Below are positions 30,645 through 46,968 of a stretch of 64,000 nucleotides of DNA, piece by piece. Under the pieces are notes generated by a model. The model saw only the letters and a program-made list of their open reading frames with translations, was not told the DNA's origin and did not search any database. The stretch spans positions 8,682,001 to 8,746,000 of the forward strand of contig CM097885.1 of the NCBI GenBank assembly GCA_044892525.1, in the 5' to 3' direction. Position numbers and translations under genes: made by a program. Position 1 is the first letter of the stretch, and the number at the start of each line of letters is the position of its first letter. Origin of the DNA: Schmidtea polychroa (lineage: Eukaryota).

Positions 30645-30798
30645 TTTACCTTTGTTAATTTTACATTATTTTATTGTTTAAATAAATGTATGTTTTGTTG
30701 ATTTGTTGAGCGTGACCAGTACCCTTGTGAGCATTACCCATAGGGGGACAAAATATTTTGTCGGATAGACTCGGAGTATATAGACTCGGTGTATATAG

Positions 30799-30898
<100 letters not shown>

Positions 30899-31047
30899 CT
30901 TTAAACAGCTTGCAAGGTTACTAGTCATGCTTATTATACATTTGATGGTTACAATTTCTACATTTTGAAAACTATATTTTGATTGGCTATCACAATTTTA
31001 TAAATGTAAGAACAAAAGTAATTTAGTTATTAAGAAATTTATTACTA

Positions 31048-31686
31048 ATGATTTCTATAAATAAAACTGATGAATGTGTAACACATTTGGTAACTTTATT
31101 ATTTTGTCAATATTTTTTTTATATATACCATTTATAGCAAGGAAGTCCTACTAGAAATAAGGAAAAATTATGTCCAACCTATTCCGAAATTTCATTGAAA
31201 TTTTTTAACAACACAGTTGAAGATTTTATAAATAATCATGATACTTACAGTGATAAGCAACTCATAAATATTTTAAAGATTTTCAAACATTCCTCTATTG
31301 AATATTTGTTTGATTTATTTAATTATGAGAAATCCATTTTAAAGTTATCTTGTTATTTAATGTACTTAGAAAAAATAGCAGTAAACAATGATTCACTGAA
31401 TGAATACTTTTGGAGTTGTATGTATTTAAGGTTGAAACCTGGATATAGTAGATTGATTTATGATTGGATAGCAAAAACCGATTTGATTGAAAATAAGCTA
31501 ACGAAAAAACTGAACGAGGTTAAGAAAAGGTATTTAACTTGTTCAATTTGTAAAGAAAATCGAGTTTCGGTTTTGTATTTACCATGTGGTCATGTAATTG
31601 TTTGTTCTAAGTGTCACGAGAAGAATGTTCGCAAGTGTCAAGCCTGTTCAACATTGATTAATGAATATCATACTATATATATTTAG
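31048..31686 (+). CDS. RING-finger protein copy 31
   Basis: Same as copy 1. Confidence 0.85.
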
Positions 31687-31840
31687 TTTACCTTTGTTAA
31701 TTTTACATTATTTTATTGTTTAAATAAATGTATGTTTTGTTGATTTGTTGAGCGTGACCAGTACCCTTGTGAGCATTACCCATAGGGGGACAAAATATTT
31801 TGTCGGATAGACTCGGAGTATATAGACTCGGTGTATATAG

Positions 31841-31913
<73 letters not shown>

Positions 31914-32062
31914 CTTTAAACAGCTTGCAAGGTTACTAGTCATGCTTATTATACATTTGATGGTTACAATTTCTACATTTTGAAAACTATATTTTGATTG
32001 GCTATCACAATTTTATAAATGTAAGAACAAAAGTAATTTAGTTATTAAGAAATTTATTACTA

Positions 32063-32701
32063 ATGATTTCTATAAATAAAACTGATGAATGTGTAACACA
32101 TTTGGTAACTTTATTATTTTGTCAATATTTTTTTTATATATACCATTTATAGCAAGGAAGTCCTACTAGAAATAAGGAAAAATTATGTCCAACCTATTCC
32201 GAAATTTCATTGAAATTTTTTAACAACACAGTTGAAGATTTTATAAATAATCATGATACTTACAGTGATAAGCAACTCATAAATATTTTAAAGATTTTCA
32301 AACATTCCTCTATTGAATATTTGTTTGATTTATTTAATTATGAGAAATCCATTTTAAAGTTATCTTGTTATTTAATGTACTTAGAAAAAATAGCAGTAAA
32401 CAATGATTCACTGAATGAATACTTTTGGAGTTGTATGTATTTAAGGTTGAAACCTGGATATAGTAGATTGATTTATGATTGGATAGCAAAAACCGATTTG
32501 ATTGAAAATAAGCTAACGAAAAAACTGAACGAGGTTAAGAAAAGGTATTTAACTTGTTCAATTTGTAAAGAAAATCGAGTTTCGGTTTTGTATTTACCAT
32601 GTGGTCATGTAATTGTTTGTTCTAAGTGTCACGAGAAGAATGTTCGCAAGTGTCAAGCCTGTTCAACATTGATTAATGAATATCATACTATATATATTTA
32701 G
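32063..32701 (+). CDS. RING-finger protein copy 32
   Basis: Same as copy 1. Confidence 0.85.
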
Positions 32702-32855
32702 TTTACCTTTGTTAATTTTACATTATTTTATTGTTTAAATAAATGTATGTTTTGTTGATTTGTTGAGCGTGACCAGTACCCTTGTGAGCATTACCCATAG
32801 GGGGACAAAATATTTTGTCGGATAGACTCGGAGTATATAGACTCGGTGTATATAG

Positions 32856-32940
<85 letters not shown>

Positions 32941-33089
32941 CTTTAAACAGCTTGCAAGGTTACTAGTCATGCTTATTATACATTTGATGGTTACAATTTC
33001 TACATTTTGAAAACTATATTTTGATTGGCTATCACAATTTTATAAATGTAAGAACAAAAGTAATTTAGTTATTAAGAAATTTATTACTA

Positions 33090-33728
33090 ATGATTTCTAT
33101 AAATAAAACTGATGAATGTGTAACACATTTGGTAACTTTATTATTTTGTCAATATTTTTTTTATATATACCATTTATAGCAAGGAAGTCCTACTAGAAAT
33201 AAGGAAAAATTATGTCCAACCTATTCCGAAATTTCATTGAAATTTTTTAACAACACAGTTGAAGATTTTATAAATAATCATGATACTTACAGTGATAAGC
33301 AACTCATAAATATTTTAAAGATTTTCAAACATTCCTCTATTGAATATTTGTTTGATTTATTTAATTATGAGAAATCCATTTTAAAGTTATCTTGTTATTT
33401 AATGTACTTAGAAAAAATAGCAGTAAACAATGATTCACTGAATGAATACTTTTGGAGTTGTATGTATTTAAGGTTGAAACCTGGATATAGTAGATTGATT
33501 TATGATTGGATAGCAAAAACCGATTTGATTGAAAATAAGCTAACGAAAAAACTGAACGAGGTTAAGAAAAGGTATTTAACTTGTTCAATTTGTAAAGAAA
33601 ATCGAGTTTCGGTTTTGTATTTACCATGTGGTCATGTAATTGTTTGTTCTAAGTGTCACGAGAAGAATGTTCGCAAGTGTCAAGCCTGTTCAACATTGAT
33701 TAATGAATATCATACTATATATATTTAG
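33090..33728 (+). CDS. RING-finger protein copy 33
   Basis: Same as copy 1. Confidence 0.85.
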
Positions 33729-33882
33729 TTTACCTTTGTTAATTTTACATTATTTTATTGTTTAAATAAATGTATGTTTTGTTGATTTGTTGAGCGTGAC
33801 CAGTACCCTTGTGAGCATTACCCATAGGGGGACAAAATATTTTGTCGGATAGACTCGGAGTATATAGACTCGGTGTATATAG

Positions 33883-33955
<73 letters not shown>

Positions 33956-34104
33956 CTTTAAACAGCTTGCAAGGTTACTAGTCATGCTTATTATACATTT
34001 GATGGTTACAATTTCTACATTTTGAAAACTATATTTTGATTGGCTATCACAATTTTATAAATGTAAGAACAAAAGTAATTTAGTTATTAAGAAATTTATT
34101 ACTA

Positions 34105-34743
34105 ATGATTTCTATAAATAAAACTGATGAATGTGTAACACATTTGGTAACTTTATTATTTTGTCAATATTTTTTTTATATATACCATTTATAGCAAGGA
34201 AGTCCTACTAGAAATAAGGAAAAATTATGTCCAACCTATTCCGAAATTTCATTGAAATTTTTTAACAACACAGTTGAAGATTTTATAAATAATCATGATA
34301 CTTACAGTGATAAGCAACTCATAAATATTTTAAAGATTTTCAAACATTCCTCTATTGAATATTTGTTTGATTTATTTAATTATGAGAAATCCATTTTAAA
34401 GTTATCTTGTTATTTAATGTACTTAGAAAAAATAGCAGTAAACAATGATTCACTGAATGAATACTTTTGGAGTTGTATGTATTTAAGGTTGAAACCTGGA
34501 TATAGTAGATTGATTTATGATTGGATAGCAAAAACTGATTTGATTGAAAATAAGCTAACGAAAAAACTGAACGAGGTTAAGAAAAGGTATTTAACTTGTT
34601 CAATTTGTAAAGAAAATCGAGTTTCGGTTTTGTATTTACCATGTGGTCATGTAATTGTTTGTTCTAAGTGTCACGAGAAGAATGTTCGCAAGTGTCAAGC
34701 CTGTTCAACATTGATTAATGAATATCATACTATATATATTTAG
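34105..34743 (+). CDS. RING-finger protein copy 34
   Basis: Same protein; synonymous ACC>ACT at 34536. Confidence 0.85.
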
Positions 34744-34897
34744 TTTACCTTTGTTAATTTTACATTATTTTATTGTTTAAATAAATGTATGTTTTGTTGA
34801 TTTGTTGAGCGTGACCAGTACCCTTGTGAGCATTACCCATAGGGGGACAAAATATTTTGTCGGATAGACTCGGAGTATATAGACTCGGTGTATATAG

Positions 34898-34979
<82 letters not shown>

Positions 34980-35128
34980 CTTTAAACAGCTTGCAAGGTT
35001 ACTAGTCATGCTTATTATACATTTGATGGTTACAATTTCTACATTTTGAAAACTATATTTTGATTGGCTATCACAATTTTATAAATGTAAGAACAAAAGT
35101 AATTTAGTTATTAAGAAATTTATTACTA

Positions 35129-35767
35129 ATGATTTCTATAAATAAAACTGATGAATGTGTAACACATTTGGTAACTTTATTATTTTGTCAATATTTTTTT
35201 TATATATACCATTTATAGCAAGGAAGTCCTACTAGAAATAAGGAAAAATTATGTCCAACCTATTCCGAAATTTCATTGAAATTTTTTAACAACACAGTTG
35301 AAGATTTTATAAATAATCATGATACTTACAGTGATAAGCAACTCATAAATATTTTAAAGATTTTCAAACATTCCTCTATTGAATATTTGTTTGATTTATT
35401 TAATTATGAGAAATCCATTTTAAAGTTATCTTGTTATTTAATGTACTTAGAAAAAATAGCAGTAAACAATGATTCACTGAATGAATACTTTTGGAGTTGT
35501 ATGTATTTAAGGTTGAAACCTGGATATAGTAGATTGATTTATGATTGGATAGCAAAAACCGATTTGATTGAAAATAAGCTAACGAAAAAACTGAACGAGG
35601 TTAAGAAAAGGTATTTAACTTGTTCAATTTGTAAAGAAAATCGAGTTTCGGTTTTGTATTTACCATGTGGTCATGTAATTGTTTGTTCTAAGTGTCACGA
35701 GAAGAATGTTCGCAAGTGTCAAGCCTGTTCAACATTGATTAATGAATATCATACTATATATATTTAG
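35129..35767 (+). CDS. RING-finger protein copy 35
   Basis: Same as copy 1. Confidence 0.85.
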
Positions 35768-35921
35768 TTTACCTTTGTTAATTTTACATTATTTTATTGT
35801 TTAAATAAATGTATGTTTTGTTGATTTGTTGAGCGTGACCAGTACCCTTGTGAGCATTACCCATAGGGGGACAAAATATTTTGTCGGATAGACTCGGAGT
35901 ATATAGACTCGGTGTATATAG

Positions 35922-36003
<82 letters not shown>

Positions 36004-36152
36004 CTTTAAACAGCTTGCAAGGTTACTAGTCATGCTTATTATACATTTGATGGTTACAATTTCTACATTTTGAAAACTATATTTTGATTGGCTATCACAA
36101 TTTTATAAATGTAAGAACAAAAGTAATTTAGTTATTAAGAAATTTATTACTA

Positions 36153-36791
36153 ATGATTTCTATAAATAAAACTGATGAATGTGTAACACATTTGGTAACT
36201 TTATTATTTTGTCAATATTTTTTTTATATATACCATTTATAGCAAGGAAGTCCTACTAGAAATAAGGAAAAATTATGTCCAACCTATTCCGAAATTTCAT
36301 TGAAATTTTTTAACAACACAGTTGAAGATTTTATAAATAATCATGATACTTACAGTGATAAGCAACTCATAAATATTTTAAAGATTTTCAAACATTCCTC
36401 TATTGAATATTTGTTTGATTTATTTAATTATGAGAAATCCATTTTAAAGTTATCTTGTTATTTAATGTACTTAGAAAAAATAGCAGTAAACAATGATTCA
36501 CTGAATGAATACTTTTGGAGTTGTATGTATTTAAGGTTGAAACCTGGATATAGTAGATTGATTTATGATTGGATAGCAAAAACCGATTTGATTGAAAATA
36601 AGCTAACGAAAAAACTGAACGAGGTTAAGAAAAGGTATTTAACTTGTTCAATTTGTAAAGAAAATCGAGTTTCGGTTTTGTATTTACCATGTGGTCATGT
36701 AATTGTTTGTTCTAAGTGTCACGAGAAGAATGTTCGCAAGTGTCAAGCCTGTTCAACATTGATTAATGAATATCATACTATATATATTTAG
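36153..36791 (+). CDS. RING-finger protein copy 36
   Basis: Same as copy 1. Confidence 0.85.
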
Positions 36792-36945
36792 TTTACCTTT
36801 GTTAATTTTACATTATTTTATTGTTTAAATAAATGTATGTTTTGTTGATTTGTTGAGCGTGACCAGTACCCTTGTGAGCATTACCCATAGGGGGACAAAA
36901 TATTTTGTCGGATAGACTCGGAGTATATAGACTCGGTGTATATAG

Positions 36946-37039
<94 letters not shown>

Positions 37040-37188
37040 CTTTAAACAGCTTGCAAGGTTACTAGTCATGCTTATTATACATTTGATGGTTACAATTTCT
37101 ACATTTTGAAAACTATATTTTGATTGGCTATCACAATTTTATAAATGTAAGAACAAAAGTAATTTAGTTATTAAGAAATTTATTACTA

Positions 37189-37827
37189 ATGATTTCTATA
37201 AATAAAACTGATGAATGTGTAACACATTTGGTAACTTTATTATTTTGTCAATATTTTTTTTATATATACCATTTATAGCAAGGAAGTCCTACTAGAAATA
37301 AGGAAAAATTATGTCCAACCTATTCCGAAATTTCATTGAAATTTTTTAACAACACAGTTGAAGATTTTATAAATAATCATGATACTTACAGTGATAAGCA
37401 ACTCATAAATATTTTAAAGATTTTCAAACATTCCTCTATTGAATATTTGTTTGATTTATTTAATTATGAGAAATCCATTTTAAAGTTATCTTGTTATTTA
37501 ATGTACTTAGAAAAAATAGCAGTAAACAATGATTCACTGAATGAATACTTTTGGAGTTGTATGTATTTAAGGTTGAAACCTGGATATAGTAGATTGATTT
37601 ATGATTGGATAGCAAAAACCGATTTGATTGAAAATAAGCTAACGAAAAAACTGAACGAGGTTAAGAAAAGGTATTTAACTTGTTCAATTTGTAAAGAAAA
37701 TCGAGTTTCGGTTTTGTATTTACCATGTGGTCATGTAATTGTTTGTTCTAAGTGTCACGAGAAGAATGTTCGCAAGTGTCAAGCCTGTTCAACATTGATT
37801 AATGAATATCATACTATATATATTTAG
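37189..37827 (+). CDS. RING-finger protein copy 37
   Basis: Same as copy 1. Confidence 0.85.
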
Positions 37828-37981
37828 TTTACCTTTGTTAATTTTACATTATTTTATTGTTTAAATAAATGTATGTTTTGTTGATTTGTTGAGCGTGACC
37901 AGTACCCTTGTGAGCATTACCCATAGGGGGACAAAATATTTTGTCGGATAGACTCGGAGTATATAGACTCGGTGTATATAG

Positions 37982-38093
<112 letters not shown>

Positions 38094-38242
38094 TTTTAAA
38101 CAGCTTGCAAGGTTACTAGTCATGCTTATTATACATTTGATGGTTACAATTTCTACATTTTGAAAACTATATTTTGATTGGCTATCACAATTTTATAAAT
38201 GTAAGAACAAAAGTAATTTAGTTATTAAGAAATTTATTACTA

Positions 38243-38881
38243 ATGATTTCTATAAATAAAACTGATGAATGTGTAACACATTTGGTAACTTTATTATTTT
38301 GTCAATATTTTTTTTATATATACCATTTATAGCAAGGAAGTCCTACTAGAAATAAGGAAAAATTATGTCCAACCTATTCCGAAATTTCATTGAAATTTTT
38401 TAACAACACAGTTGAAGATTTTATAAATAATCATGATACTTACAGTGATAAGCAACTCATAAATATTTTAAAGATTTTCAAACATTCCTCTATTGAATAT
38501 TTGTTTGATTTATTTAATTATGAGAAATCCATTTTAAAGTTATCTTGTTATTTAATGTACTTAGAAAAAATAGCAGTAAACAATGATTCACTGAATGAAT
38601 ACTTTTGGAGTTGTATGTATTTAAGGTTGAAACCTGGATATAGTAGATTGATTTATGATTGGATAGCAAAAACCGATTTGATTGAAAATAAGCTAACGAA
38701 AAAACTGAACGAGGTTAAGAAAAGGTATTTAACTTGTTCAATTTGTAAAGAAAATCGAGTTTCGGTTTTGTATTTACCATGTGGTCATGTAATTGTTTGT
38801 TCTAAGTGTCACGAGAAGAATGTTCGCAAGTGTCAAGCCTGTTCAACATTGATTAATGAATATCATACTATATATATTTAG
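38243..38881 (+). CDS. RING-finger protein copy 38
   Basis: Same as copy 1. Confidence 0.85.
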
Positions 38882-39035
38882 TTTACCTTTGTTAATTTTA
38901 CATTATTTTATTGTTTAAATAAATGTATGTTTTGTTGATTTGTTGAGCGTGACCAGTACCCTTGTGAGCATTACCCATAGGGGGACAAAATATTTTGTCG
39001 GATAGACTCGGAGTATATAGACTCGGTGTATATAG

Positions 39036-39108
<73 letters not shown>

Positions 39109-39257
39109 CTTTAAACAGCTTGCAAGGTTACTAGTCATGCTTATTATACATTTGATGGTTACAATTTCTACATTTTGAAAACTATATTTTGATTGGCTAT
39201 CACAATTTTATAAATGTAAGAACAAAAGTAATTTAGTTATTAAGAAATTTATTACTA

Positions 39258-39896
39258 ATGATTTCTATAAATAAAACTGATGAATGTGTAACACATTTGG
39301 TAACTTTATTATTTTGTCAATATTTTTTTTATATATACCATTTATAGCAAGGAAGTCCTACTAGAAATAAGGAAAAATTATGTCCAACCTATTCCGAAAT
39401 TTCATTGAAATTTTTTAACAACACAGTTGAAGATTTTATAAATAATCATGATACTTACAGTGATAAGCAACTCATAAATATTTTAAAGATTTTCAAACAT
39501 TCCTCTATTGAATATTTGTTTGATTTATTTAATTATGAGAAATCCATTTTAAAGTTATCTTGTTATTTAATGTACTTAGAAAAAATAGCAGTAAACAATG
39601 ATTCACTGAATGAATACTTTTGGAGTTGTATGTATTTAAGGTTGAAACCTGGATATAGTAGATTGATTTATGATTGGATAGCAAAAACCGATTTGATTGA
39701 AAATAAGCTAACGAAAAAACTGAACGAGGTTAAGAAAAGGTATTTAACTTGTTCAATTTGTAAAGAAAATCGAGTTTCGGTTTTGTATTTACCATGTGGT
39801 CATGTAATTGTTTGTTCTAAGTGTCACGAGAAGAATGTTCGCAAGTGTCAAGCCTGTTCAACATTGATTAATGAATATCATACTATATATATTTAG
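39258..39896 (+). CDS. RING-finger protein copy 39
   Basis: Same as copy 1. Confidence 0.85.
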
Positions 39897-40050
39897 TTTA
39901 CCTTTGTTAATTTTACATTATTTTATTGTTTAAATAAATGTATGTTTTGTTGATTTGTTGAGCGTGACCAGTACCCTTGTGAGCATTACCCATAGGGGGA
40001 CAAAATATTTTGTCGGATAGACTCGGAGTATATAGACTCGGTGTATATAG

Positions 40051-40090
<40 letters not shown>

Positions 40091-40239
40091 CTTTAAACAG
40101 CTTGCAAGGTTACTAGTCATGCTTATTATACATTTGATGGTTACAATTTCTACATTTTGAAAACTATATTTTGATTGGCTATCACAATTTTATAAATGTA
40201 AGAACAAAAGTAATTTAGTTATTAAGAAATTTATTACTA

Positions 40240-40878
40240 ATGATTTCTATAAATAAAACTGATGAATGTGTAACACATTTGGTAACTTTATTATTTTGTC
40301 AATATTTTTTTTATATATACCATTTATAGCAAGGAAGTCCTACTAGAAATAAGGAAAAATTATGTCCAACCTATTCCGAAATTTCATTGAAATTTTTTAA
40401 CAACACAGTTGAAGATTTTATAAATAATCATGATACTTACAGTGATAAGCAACTCATAAATATTTTAAAGATTTTCAAACATTCCTCTATTGAATATTTG
40501 TTTGATTTATTTAATTATGAGAAATCCATTTTAAAGTTATCTTGTTATTTAATGTACTTAGAAAAAATAGCAGTAAACAATGATTCACTGAATGAATACT
40601 TTTGGAGTTGTATGTATTTAAGGTTGAAACCTGGATATAGTAGATTGATTTATGATTGGATAGCAAAAACCGATTTGATTGAAAATAAGCTAACGAAAAA
40701 ACTGAACGAGGTTAAGAAAAGGTATTTAACTTGTTCAATTTGTAAAGAAAATCGAGTTTCGGTTTTGTATTTACCATGTGGTCATGTAATTGTTTGTTCT
40801 AAGTGTCACGAGAAGAATGTTCGCAAGTGTCAAGCCTGTTCAACATTGATTAATGAATATCATACTATATATATTTAG
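40240..40878 (+). CDS. RING-finger protein copy 40
   Basis: Same as copy 1. Confidence 0.85.
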
Positions 40879-41032
40879 TTTACCTTTGTTAATTTTACAT
40901 TATTTTATTGTTTAAATAAATGTATGTTTTGTTGATTTGTTGAGCGTGACCAGTACCCTTGTGAGCATTACCCATAGGGGGACAAAATATTTTGTCGGAT
41001 AGACTCGGAGTATATAGACTCGGTGTATATAG

Positions 41033-41072
<40 letters not shown>

Positions 41073-41221
41073 CTTTAAACAGCTTGCAAGGTTACTAGTC
41101 ATGCTTATTATACATTTGATGGTTACAATTTCTACATTTTGAAAACTATATTTTGATTGGCTATCACAATTTTATAAATGTAAGAACAAAAGTAATTTAG
41201 TTATTAAGAAATTTATTACTA

Positions 41222-41860
41222 ATGATTTCTATAAATAAAACTGATGAATGTGTAACACATTTGGTAACTTTATTATTTTGTCAATATTTTTTTTATATAT
41301 ACCATTTATAGCAAGGAAGTCCTACTAGAAATAAGGAAAAATTATGTCCAACCTATTCCGAAATTTCATTGAAATTTTTTAACAACACAGTTGAAGATTT
41401 TATAAATAATCATGATACTTACAGTGATAAGCAACTCATAAATATTTTAAAGATTTTCAAACATTCCTCTATTGAATATTTGTTTGATTTATTTAATTAT
41501 GAGAAATCCATTTTAAAGTTATCTTGTTATTTAATGTACTTAGAAAAAATAGCAGTTAACAATGATTCACTGAATGAATACTTTTGGAGTTGTATGTATT
41601 TAAGGTTGAAACCTGGATATAGTAGATTGATTTATGATTGGATAGCAAAAACCGATTTGATTGAAAATAAGCTAACGAAAAAACTGAACGAGGTTAAGAA
41701 AAGGTATTTAACTTGTTCAATTTGTAAAGAAAATCGAGTTTCGGTTTTGTATTTACCATGTGGTCATGTAATTGTTTGTTCTAAGTGTCACGAGAAGAAT
41801 GTTCGCAAGTGTCAAGCCTGTTCAACATTGATTAATGAATATCATACTATATATATTTAG
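41222..41860 (+). CDS. RING-finger protein copy 41
   Basis: Same protein; synonymous GTA>GTT at 41557. Confidence 0.85.
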
Positions 41861-42014
41861 TTTACCTTTGTTAATTTTACATTATTTTATTGTTTAAATA
41901 AATGTATGTTTTGTTGATTTGTTGAGCGTGACCAGTACCCTTGTGAGCATTACCCATAGGGGGACAAAATATTTTGTCGGATAGACTCGGAGTATATAGA
42001 CTCGGTGTATATAG

Positions 42015-42111
<97 letters not shown>

Positions 42112-42260
42112 CTTTAAACAGCTTGCAAGGTTACTAGTCATGCTTATTATACATTTGATGGTTACAATTTCTACATTTTGAAAACTATATTTTGATTGGC
42201 TATCACAATTTTATAAATGTAAGAACAAAAGTAATTTAGTTATTAAGAAATTTATTACTA

Positions 42261-42899
42261 ATGATTTCTATAAATAAAACTGATGAATGTGTAACACATT
42301 TGGTAACTTTATTATTTTGTCAATATTTTTTTTATATATACCATTTATAGCAAGGAAGTCCTACTAGAAATAAGGAAAAATTATGTCCAACCTATTCCGA
42401 AATTTCATTGAAATTTTTTAACAACACAGTTGAAGATTTTATAAATAATCATGATACTTACAGTGATAAGCAACTCATAAATATTTTAAAGATTTTCAAA
42501 CATTCCTCTATTGAATATTTGTTTGATTTATTTAATTATGAGAAATCCATTTTAAAGTTATCTTGTTATTTAATGTACTTAGAAAAAATAGCAGTAAACA
42601 ATGATTCACTGAATGAATACTTTTGGAGTTGTATGTATTTAAGGTTGAAACCTGGATATAGTAGATTGATTTATGATTGGATAGCAAAAACCGATTTGAT
42701 TGAAAATAAGCTAACGAAAAAACTGAACGAGGTTAAGAAAAGGTATTTAACTTGTTCAATTTGTAAAGAAAATCGAGTTTCGGTTTTGTATTTACCATGT
42801 GGTCATGTAATTGTTTGTTCTAAGTGTCACGAGAAGAATGTTCGCAAGTGTCAAGCCTGTTCAACATTGATTAATGAATATCATACTATATATATTTAG
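42261..42899 (+). CDS. RING-finger protein copy 42
   Basis: Same as copy 1. Confidence 0.85.
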
Positions 42900-43053
42900 T
42901 TTACCTTTGTTAATTTTACATTATTTTATTGTTTAAATAAATGTATGTTTTGTTGATTTGTTGAGCGTGACCAGTACCCTTGTGAGCATTACCCATAGGG
43001 GGACAAAATATTTTGTCGGATAGACTCGGAGTATATAGACTCGGTGTATATAG

Positions 43054-43126
<73 letters not shown>

Positions 43127-43275
43127 CTTTAAACAGCTTGCAAGGTTACTAGTCATGCTTATTATACATTTGATGGTTACAATTTCTACATTTTGAAAAC
43201 TATATTTTGATTGGCTATCACAATTTTATAAATGTAAGAACAAAAGTAATTTAGTTATTAAGAAATTTATTACTA

Positions 43276-43914
43276 ATGATTTCTATAAATAAAACTGATG
43301 AATGTGTAACACATTTGGTAACTTTATTATTTTGTCAATATTTTTTTTATATATACCATTTATAGCAAGGAAGTCCTACTAGAAATAAGGAAAAATTATG
43401 TCCAACCTATTCCGAAATTTCATTGAAATTTTTTAACAACACAGTTGAAGATTTTATAAATAATCATGATACTTACAGTGATAAGCAACTCATAAATATT
43501 TTAAAGATTTTCAAACATTCCTCTATTGAATATTTGTTTGATTTATTTAATTATGAGAAATCCATTTTAAAGTTATCTTGTTATTTAATGTACTTAGAAA
43601 AAATAGCAGTAAACAATGATTCACTGAATGAATACTTTTGGAGTTGTATGTATTTAAGGTTGAAACCTGGATATAGTAGATTGATTTATGATTGGATAGC
43701 AAAAACCGATTTGATTGAAAATAAGCTAACGAAAAAACTGAACGAGGTTAAGAAAAGGTATTTAACTTGTTCAATTTGTAAAGAAAATCGAGTTTCGGTT
43801 TTGTATTTACCATGTGGTCATGTAATTGTTTGTTCTAAGTGTCACGAGAAGAATGTTCGCAAGTGTCAAGCCTGTTCAACATTGATTAATGAATATCATA
43901 CTATATATATTTAG
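43276..43914 (+). CDS. RING-finger protein copy 43
   Basis: Same as copy 1. Confidence 0.85.
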
Positions 43915-44068
43915 TTTACCTTTGTTAATTTTACATTATTTTATTGTTTAAATAAATGTATGTTTTGTTGATTTGTTGAGCGTGACCAGTACCCTTGTGA
44001 GCATTACCCATAGGGGGACAAAATATTTTGTCGGATAGACTCGGAGTATATAGACTCGGTGTATATAG

Positions 44069-44138
<70 letters not shown>

Positions 44139-44287
44139 CTTTAAACAGCTTGCAAGGTTACTAGTCATGCTTATTATACATTTGATGGTTACAATTTCTA
44201 CATTTTGAAAACTATATTTTGATTGGCTATCACAATTTTATAAATGTAAGAACAAAAGTAATTTAGTTATTAAGAAATTTATTACTA

Positions 44288-44926
44288 ATGATTTCTATAA
44301 ATAAAACTGATGAATGTGTAACACATTTGGTAACTTTATTATTTTGTCAATATTTTTTTTATATATACCATTTATAGCAAGGAAGTCCTACTAGAAATAA
44401 GGAAAAATTATGTCCAACCTATTCCGAAATTTCATTGAAATTTTTTAACAACACAGTTGAAGATTTTATAAATAATCATGATACTTACAGTGATAAGCAA
44501 CTCATAAATATTTTAAAGATTTTCAAACATTCCTCTATTGAATATTTGTTTGATTTATTTAATTATGAGAAATCCATTTTAAAGTTATCTTGTTATTTAA
44601 TGTACTTAGAAAAAATAGCAGTAAACAATGATTCACTGAATGAATACTTTTGGAGTTGTATGTATTTAAGGTTGAAACCTGGATATAGTAGATTGATTTA
44701 TGATTGGATAGCAAAAACCGATTTGATTGAAAATAAGCTAACGAAAAAACTGAACGAGGTTAAGAAAAGGTATTTAACTTGTTCAATTTGTAAAGAAAAT
44801 CGAGTTTCGGTTTTGTATTTACCATGTGGTCATGTAATTGTTTGTTCTAAGTGTCACGAGAAGAATGTTCGCAAGTGTCAAGCCTGTTCAACATTGATTA
44901 ATGAATATCATACTATATATATTTAG
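44288..44926 (+). CDS. RING-finger protein copy 44
   Basis: Same as copy 1. Confidence 0.85.
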
Positions 44927-45080
44927 TTTACCTTTGTTAATTTTACATTATTTTATTGTTTAAATAAATGTATGTTTTGTTGATTTGTTGAGCGTGACCA
45001 GTACCCTTGTGAGCATTACCCATAGGGGGACAAAATATTTTGTCGGATAGACTCGGAGTATATAGACTCGGTGTATATAG

Positions 45081-45156
<76 letters not shown>

Positions 45157-45305
45157 CTTTAAACAGCTTGCAAGGTTACTAGTCATGCTTATTATACATT
45201 TGATGGTTACAATTTCTACATTTTGAAAACTATATTTTGATTGGCTATCACAATTTTATAAATGTAAGAACAAAAGTAATTTAGTTATTAAGAAATTTAT
45301 TACTA

Positions 45306-45944
45306 ATGATTTCTATAAATAAAACTGATGAATGTGTAACACATTTGGTAACTTTATTATTTTGTCAATATTTTTTTTATATATACCATTTATAGCAAGG
45401 AAGTCCTACTAGAAATAAGGAAAAATTATGTCCAACCTATTCCGAAATTTCATTGAAATTTTTTAACAACACAGTTGAAGATTTTATAAATAATCATGAT
45501 ACTTACAGTGATAAGCAACTCATAAATATTTTAAAGATTTTCAAACATTCCTCTATTGAATATTTGTTTGATTTATTTAATTATGAGAAATCCATTTTAA
45601 AGTTATCTTGTTATTTAATGTACTTAGAAAAAATAGCAGTAAACAATGATTCACTGAATGAATACTTTTGGAGTTGTATGTATTTAAGGTTGAAACCTGG
45701 ATATAGTAGATTGATTTATGATTGGATAGCAAAAACCGATTTGATTGAAAATAAGCTAACGAAAAAACTGAACGAGGTTAAGAAAAGGTATTTAACTTGT
45801 TCAATTTGTAAAGAAAATCGAGTTTCGGTTTTGTATTTACCATGTGGTCATGTAATTGTTTGTTCTAAGTGTCACGAGAAGAATGTTCGCAAGTGTCAAG
45901 CCTGTTCAACATTGATTAATGAATATCATACTATATATATTTAG
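45306..45944 (+). CDS. RING-finger protein copy 45
   Basis: Same as copy 1. Confidence 0.85.
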
Positions 45945-46098
45945 TTTACCTTTGTTAATTTTACATTATTTTATTGTTTAAATAAATGTATGTTTTGTTG
46001 ATTTGTTGAGCGTGACCAGTACCCTTGTGAGCATTACCCATAGGGGGACAAAATATTTTGTCGGATAGACTCGGAGTATATAGACTCGGTGTATATAG

Positions 46099-46180
<82 letters not shown>

Positions 46181-46329
46181 CTTTAAACAGCTTGCAAGGT
46201 TACTAGTCATGCTTATTATACATTTGATGGTTACAATTTCTACATTTTGAAAACTATATTTTGATTGGCTATCACAATTTTATAAATGTAAGAACAAAAG
46301 TAATTTAGTTATTAAGAAATTTATTACTA

Positions 46330-46968
46330 ATGATTTCTATAAATAAAACTGATGAATGTGTAACACATTTGGTAACTTTATTATTTTGTCAATATTTTTT
46401 TTATATATACCATTTATAGCAAGGAAGTCCTACTAGAAATAAGGAAAAATTATGTCCAACCTATTCCGAAATTTCATTGAAATTTTTTAACAACACAGTT
46501 GAAGATTTTATAAATAATCATGATACTTACAGTGATAAGCAACTCATAAATATTTTAAAGATTTTCAAACATTCCTCTATTGAATATTTGTTTGATTTAT
46601 TTAATTATGAGAAATCCATTTTAAAGTTATCTTGTTATTTAATGTACTTAGAAAAAATAGCAGTAAACAATGATTCACTGAATGAATACTTTTGGAGTTG
46701 TATGTATTTAAGGTTGAAACCTGGATATAGTAGATTGATTTATGATTGGATAGCAAAAACCGATTTGATTGAAAATAAGCTAACGAAAAAACTGAACGAG
46801 GTTAAGAAAAGGTATTTAACTTGTTCAATTTGTAAAGAAAATCGAGTTTCGGTTTTGTATTTACCATGTGGTCATGTAATTGTTTGTTCTAAGTGTCACG
46901 AGAAGAATGTTCGCAAGTGTCAAGCCTGTTCAACATTGATTAATGAATATCATACTATATATATTTAG
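46330..46968 (+). CDS. RING-finger protein copy 46
   Basis: Same as copy 1. Confidence 0.85.
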